64,000 bases of DNA from Candidatus Cloacimonadales bacterium (GTDB taxonomy: Bacteria; Cloacimonadota; Cloacimonadia; Cloacimonadales; JAFGVF01). Each line of letters begins with the position of its first letter. The stretch's first letter is position 1. Both the position numbers and the translations under genes were made by a program. The DNA lies in assembly GCA_963662585.1 (NCBI GenBank), contig OY759729.1, positions 1,152,001-1,216,000 of the forward strand. Reading direction: 5' to 3'. The notes beneath the pieces were generated by a model. It did no database searches, had not been told where the DNA came from, and saw only the letters and a list, made by a program, of their open reading frames with translations. Shown here piece by piece: positions 60,901 to 64,000 of the stretch.

Positions 60901-61158
60901 CCATAAAGATCCAAGATACAGATAGTCAATACCACTACCCCCAGGATATTCTAAGGAAGGATATTGAGGTGTTATATCGTTACCAGATCCAAAGAAACCA
61001 TAATTACTCACGCGGAGCCATATGTTTCCCACATCATGATATTTTGTTAAGTCAAATTGCTTGGTTGGCGTAGGGTCAACCGCAGCAGCGTTTAACATTG
61101 AAACACTGCAAATAATTATAGCTAATACTGGAATCAGCTTACGGAAAATCAATTTCAT
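58000..61158 (-). CDS. Large secreted acidic protein with variant T9SS-like CTD
   Basis: Signal peptide; HDVGNIWLRVSNYG, SLEYPGGSG; CTD VYVVPNPY..IWFVNLP..KIFTLAGDLV..WDL..APGVYLF..GKFVLIK. Confidence 0.8.
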   Translation of the reverse strand: MKLIFRKLIPVLAIIICSVSMLNAAAVDPTPTKQFDLTKYHDVGNIWLRVSNYGFFGSGNDITPQYPSLEYPGGSGIDYLYLGSLWFGAKKIRRNATGEKLYWRYNNQYIQGMDVIAESELPEDYDGPGVVLDTLVSVGFDGDLGLNEFLPAYNPLENANPNVSDFFGMFNSSDKIMTSSTRNQRRADDDDGDGKIDEDGPGYTFPMRDFHELPEAFQGLGGIYLHDQDFENTTAIEEKSDIWFPLGFMDLSANDEDEYFNFATPYDDDGDGRVDEDGTPVSEQDFISYYYDYSPFGYEGQRDWGRDRSRTDHYPLNIRVRQMSYQWSYEYIKNLVYLEFNITNMNAADTLYDCAMGIYMDSDVGPQSWDSEKASDDLSGYQKGDDYEFAYTRDDDGDGGLTTGLVGSRVCSPIPNPDSLNYSCWFWEVGDGPDDEDIRSGTLTGKTNNEKYWLLIGGKAKLVGSEVIYQNPDDSKFMALRKPDGDPSGDHFIQELPMDTRYLFAFSGAQPGTPEYNELDAEGNYFKRWNLAPRKTMKIVIAVFPGDNLEDLKATSIWAKTIYGTAQSLTNVVLPDTVLHYTPPEPPEIPNLFAEISEDGNYINYYWDNRSIYSYDKDNVSGTVVGWQDANSNLDSYYLNWDEWSDIYANELEVPAPADTVSNQETRTVSPVTAYRLRHDFQGFRTWIRSGSGSQEDWSLVDMWGKIETAQDIEDYNVNLGVVNSEGDDVFADYGGYTAIDNGLPNPRTATADDTNYYMFNDYYLLRNVVEGETIYGLPIYKWDVDYSAELQAAANQIALDEFGITVVDGVILNDEVKSEIAMQLFKRDDVREDVFRALYDEKLIPLYSFGGQAAIDDIEKREILRKERLSRRYFTSSASVPRKGVETYVAVTAFDRGMPDKSLDFLETGRDADANMKVFFPAPNRSDNDGSNVYVVPNPYIGGSSFDGRRENDDKGDKSKRIWFVNLPTRSQVKIFTLAGDLVDQFRHEGAYEEDIITVSKAARLGVTSESIHSWDLLSENNQIIAPGVYLFSVKNLKTGDVNVGKFVLIK

Positions 61159-61176
61159 TTATAATCCTCCAGTTTA

Positions 61177-61860
61177 TTAATCTTCTAATTTCAAGTTAAG
61201 AGGAATTTTCACCCAACAAGCTACTGGTCTACCACCAGATTTTGCAGGTTCAAAAGTCCATTGCCATACAGCTTTCATAGCTGCATCGTCTAATCCACCA
61301 GGGATACTTTGCACAGATTTAATCACTCTTACATTTCCCACAGTTCCGTCAACTTTAACCCAAGCCTCAAGTATTACTGTTCCTTCAACATTGTTTTGTT
61401 TAGCAATATCAGGAAATTCTACTTTAGTTTGTCTGATTGGAGTTGGCATTTCTTGGTGAACCACATAAGGTTGATTAACACTAGCATCATCTATGTTAGA
61501 AAAAGATAAATTTAGGTCTATTAATTCATCAGTAGCACTAATAGTAGTTCTAACTTCTGCATTTTCCATAGACTCAATATCAATTTCATCGAAATTCATA
61601 TCAATTTCAATATTTTCTTCAATGATATTTTGTTCTTCTTCAACTACTTCTTCTTCAACGATTTCTTCTTCTTCAACGACTTCTTCGAATTCGAAGTGTT
61701 CTGAGACTTGAGCACTATCGTTAATTTCTTCTTCTGATCCTGACTTTTCGAATCGAGGCATAACTAGTAAAATGAACATAACTAAAACCACAGACATAGC
61801 CATACCCTTAACAAGGTAACCGTTTGCCTCAGTCTTCCAATCTGTATAATTACTTGCCAT
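61177..61860 (-). CDS. tonB: Energy transducer TonB
   Basis: N-terminal TM; C-terminal domain FPDIAK..VEGTV..LDDAAMKAVWQWTFEPA. Confidence 0.88.
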   Translation of the reverse strand: MASNYTDWKTEANGYLVKGMAMSVVLVMFILLVMPRFEKSGSEEEINDSAQVSEHFEFEEVVEEEEIVEEEVVEEEQNIIEENIEIDMNFDEIDIESMENAEVRTTISATDELIDLNLSFSNIDDASVNQPYVVHQEMPTPIRQTKVEFPDIAKQNNVEGTVILEAWVKVDGTVGNVRVIKSVQSIPGGLDDAAMKAVWQWTFEPAKSGGRPVACWVKIPLNLKLED

Positions 61861-61863
61861 ACA

Positions 61864-62316
61864 TTAGCCCCTTTTCCTAGCTTCAAAGACGATAGATTCG
61901 ACTTTGTTGTTTTGTAGATCAGTGATTAAAGTATTGATAGTATCGAAATCAATATCAGCATCAATTCTAAGACTAACAATCCAGTTCCTGTCAGGATCTT
62001 GATCCATTCTACTTCTGATTTGCTTGCCTAAACTTTTGCTAATTTCTTCATTACTTTTTTTATCGACCAACTCATTTACATAGATATCATCTAAATAATA
62101 ATCAAAATTTGGAGATGCGCCATCATTTCCAACATAAACAGTTAAAATATTGCTTTGCATCTGCCTTTCTATTTCACGAGCATTTGGATATTTAGTCTGA
62201 ACAGGTATATAGATAATCTGAGTAGTAACAACGAAGAAGAGCAATAATAGGAAAGCAATATCTGAAGATGAAGAAGTATTTGCTTCAGCTTGAACTTTTT
62301 TTCTCACCATTTTCAT
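61864..62316 (-). CDS. exbD: ExbD/TolR-family protein
   Basis: SSSDIAFLLLLFFVVTT TM with conserved Asp; LRID. Confidence 0.88.
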   Translation of the reverse strand: MKMVRKKVQAEANTSSSSDIAFLLLLFFVVTTQIIYIPVQTKYPNAREIERQMQSNILTVYVGNDGASPNFDYYLDDIYVNELVDKKSNEEISKSLGKQIRSRMDQDPDRNWIVSLRIDADIDFDTINTLITDLQNNKVESIVFEARKRG

Positions 62317-62325
62317 CAGTCTCTC

Positions 62326-62802
62326 CTATTTATTTAAATAGTGGCGTTCGAATTTAACTTTCTTAGCCATATTATTGATTCTTAATTCGTCAAACATAGA
62401 AATAAATCCACGATATTCGACATTTCTGTCTATTTTCAGTTTGATAACACTATCAGGATTCTTTTCTACTTTATCTTTGATCATCTGCTTACCAAGTTCA
62501 TGTACTCTGAATTTTACACCATCTTGCTTAACATCATTTTCGTCGTAAACAAAATATTCACATAATACATTCTTAGTTCCGGCTTCGTTCCATACTTCAA
62601 TTTCAATTAGGTTTTGCCTGTCTAAGATAACATCTTGTTCTTGTTGCTGTTCTTGACTTCCTGAAGAAATTTGATAAGGAATACCTTGTTTATTATCAAA
62701 TTTTCCTACAGCCATAAAGAATACGATAAGCAAGAATGCAATATCAGACATTGAAGCTGTTGGTATTTCAGCACTTTTTTTCTTTTTAGCAGGAAATTTC
62801 AT
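62326..62802 (-). CDS. exbD: ExbD/TolR-family protein
   Basis: EIPTASMSDIAFLLIVFFM; IKLKID..FDELR. Confidence 0.88.
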   Translation of the reverse strand: MKFPAKKKKSAEIPTASMSDIAFLLIVFFMAVGKFDNKQGIPYQISSGSQEQQQEQDVILDRQNLIEIEVWNEAGTKNVLCEYFVYDENDVKQDGVKFRVHELGKQMIKDKVEKNPDSVIKLKIDRNVEYRGFISMFDELRINNMAKKVKFERHYLNK

Positions 62803-62813
62803 GATTCCCCACC

Positions 62814-63557
62814 CTACTTTTCAGTCAAAGTATCAATTACCTTTTCAGTTGCTTTCTGCATATCAACAACAATACTATCAACCATAGTCATAAAGATATT
62901 GTTGGCAAATTGAATAGGGATAGCAATAATTAAACCGGCAGCAGAGGTAATAAGAGCGATTTTGATACCACCAGCAACAACACCAGCATCAACAACTTCA
63001 GTATTTTGAATATCATCGAAAGCTGTAATCATACCAAGAAGAGTTCCTAAGAAACCCATCATAGGAGCCAAAGTAATTGTAGTTGATAATTCGTTAAATC
63101 CTCTATCTAAGAAAGACATTTCAACAACAGCTGCATTTTCCATAGCTTTTTCCATAGCTTCAATACCGGAATCATTTTTCAATAAACCAGCTCTAATAAT
63201 ATTAGCTACAGAACCTTTTTGAGTGTTCACATATTCTAAAGCAGCTTTGAAGTTTCCATCTTTGATTTTAGGAACAATTTCTTCTAAGAATTTTTCGACA
63301 TTTATTCTTCCTCTAACTAATACTAAAAGTTTCCAGATACCAATTCCTAAACCCCAGATAAATAGGGCTAAGAGAGGCCACATTGCCCATCCACCATCAA
63401 CAAACTGCTTAACTAAACTTTTACCAAAAAGTGTACTTGCTATTGTTTCTATAGCGCTACCACTCTCTTGAGCAGCTTCCTGAGCAAAAAGAGCTGTAGT
63501 AAATACGAAACTTCCTAACAATATTATTAGTAAGAGTATTGAAATTTTCTTATTCAT
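62814..63557 (-). CDS. exbB: ExbB/TolQ/MotA proton channel
   Basis: GGWAMWPL, LAPMMGFLGTLLGMITAF, GIKIALITSAAGLIIAIP. Confidence 0.92.
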   Translation of the reverse strand: MNKKISILLLIILLGSFVFTTALFAQEAAQESGSAIETIASTLFGKSLVKQFVDGGWAMWPLLALFIWGLGIGIWKLLVLVRGRINVEKFLEEIVPKIKDGNFKAALEYVNTQKGSVANIIRAGLLKNDSGIEAMEKAMENAAVVEMSFLDRGFNELSTTITLAPMMGFLGTLLGMITAFDDIQNTEVVDAGVVAGGIKIALITSAAGLIIAIPIQFANNIFMTMVDSIVVDMQKATEKVIDTLTEK

Positions 63558-63594
63558 CCTTTATTTCCTCCAATTATTATATTTAATTTTTATT

Positions 63595-64000
63595 TTAGAA
63601 ATTATAAGATATACCAAATGAATAGCTTCTATCTTGAGAAACTCTTCCTGGGTCGTTATATCTTTGTTGGTTCATAAAATTAACTTCAGGAATAGATACA
63701 TCATTAACTGTAAAATCTTCACCTGAGTCAAATGGGTCACCAGTTTTAGCATAAACATCATTTATGTTTCTATATTTAAATAAATTATCTATATCGAAGA
63801 ATAGATTAACATAAGAATTTTGGCTAATATTTAATTTCTTAGAAATTTTTAAGCTGGCATTTTGTCTTGCATCTTTTCTTTCACTGTTAGGATCTAAAGC
63901 GTTGTTAGTTACAGCATCTACAGGAGTATAAGGTTCGCCTGAAGAGTAAGAGTAAGTAAAGCTTGTAGAGAAATCATCTAATGGTAAAATATAGTTTGTG
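63595..64000 (-). CDS. TonB-dependent receptor, 3' end only
   Basis: Not in the ORF track. I translate ...YSSGEPYTP...LFFDIDNLFKYRN...RSYSFGISYNF*; NLF motif and terminal Phe typical of TBDR barrels; directly upstream of exbB. Confidence 0.8.
   Translation of the reverse strand, partial: TNYILPLDDFSTSFTYSYSSGEPYTPVDAVTNNALDPNSERKDARQNASLKISKKLNISQNSYVNLFFDIDNLFKYRNINDVYAKTGDPFDSGEDFTVNDVSIPEVNFMNQQRYNDPGRVSQDRSYSFGISYNF

Noticed and set aside
1269..63471. Short ORFs (60-118 aa) nested in or antisense to long genes
   Set aside because: They overlap well-supported CDSs and show no motifs; consistent with shadow ORFs.

Overview
AT-rich bacterial chromosomal window, mostly minus-strand. It looks like an FCB-group anaerobe, most plausibly Cloacimonadota; this is inferred from five secreted proteins ending in a 'NYPNPFNP...K/SKMxLMK' FlgD-Ig/T9SS-type C-terminal domain (CTD), plus fhs and PorV-like genes. 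Housekeeping and metabolic genes: argS, glyA, rpiB, fhs, an Fe-dependent ADH, an MtaD-like deaminase. Transport: GldA/F/G-like ABC cluster, MFS, MATE, ZupT, two DMTs, orphan FeoA. Signalling: TPR-sigma54 activator, LytS/LytTR pair, MerR-like-HTH hybrid kinase, REC-PP2C-anti-sigma fusion. Surface proteins: two ~1700-aa tandem adhesin-like paralogs with swapped internal domains, three ~760-aa paralogs, and a TBDR-ExbB-ExbD-ExbD-TonB-cargo-PorV operon. A complete class C group II intron sits directly behind a terminator. Non-coding DNA holds several families of palindromic repeats (47-bp and 33-bp tandem arrays, a ~100-bp pyrimidine/purine palindrome in three copies, a nested inverted-repeat element) and an unannotated candidate sigma54-promoted small RNA at ~40345-40478. 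No CRISPR array, tRNA or rRNA was seen. All family calls come from motif recognition by eye; no database search was run.
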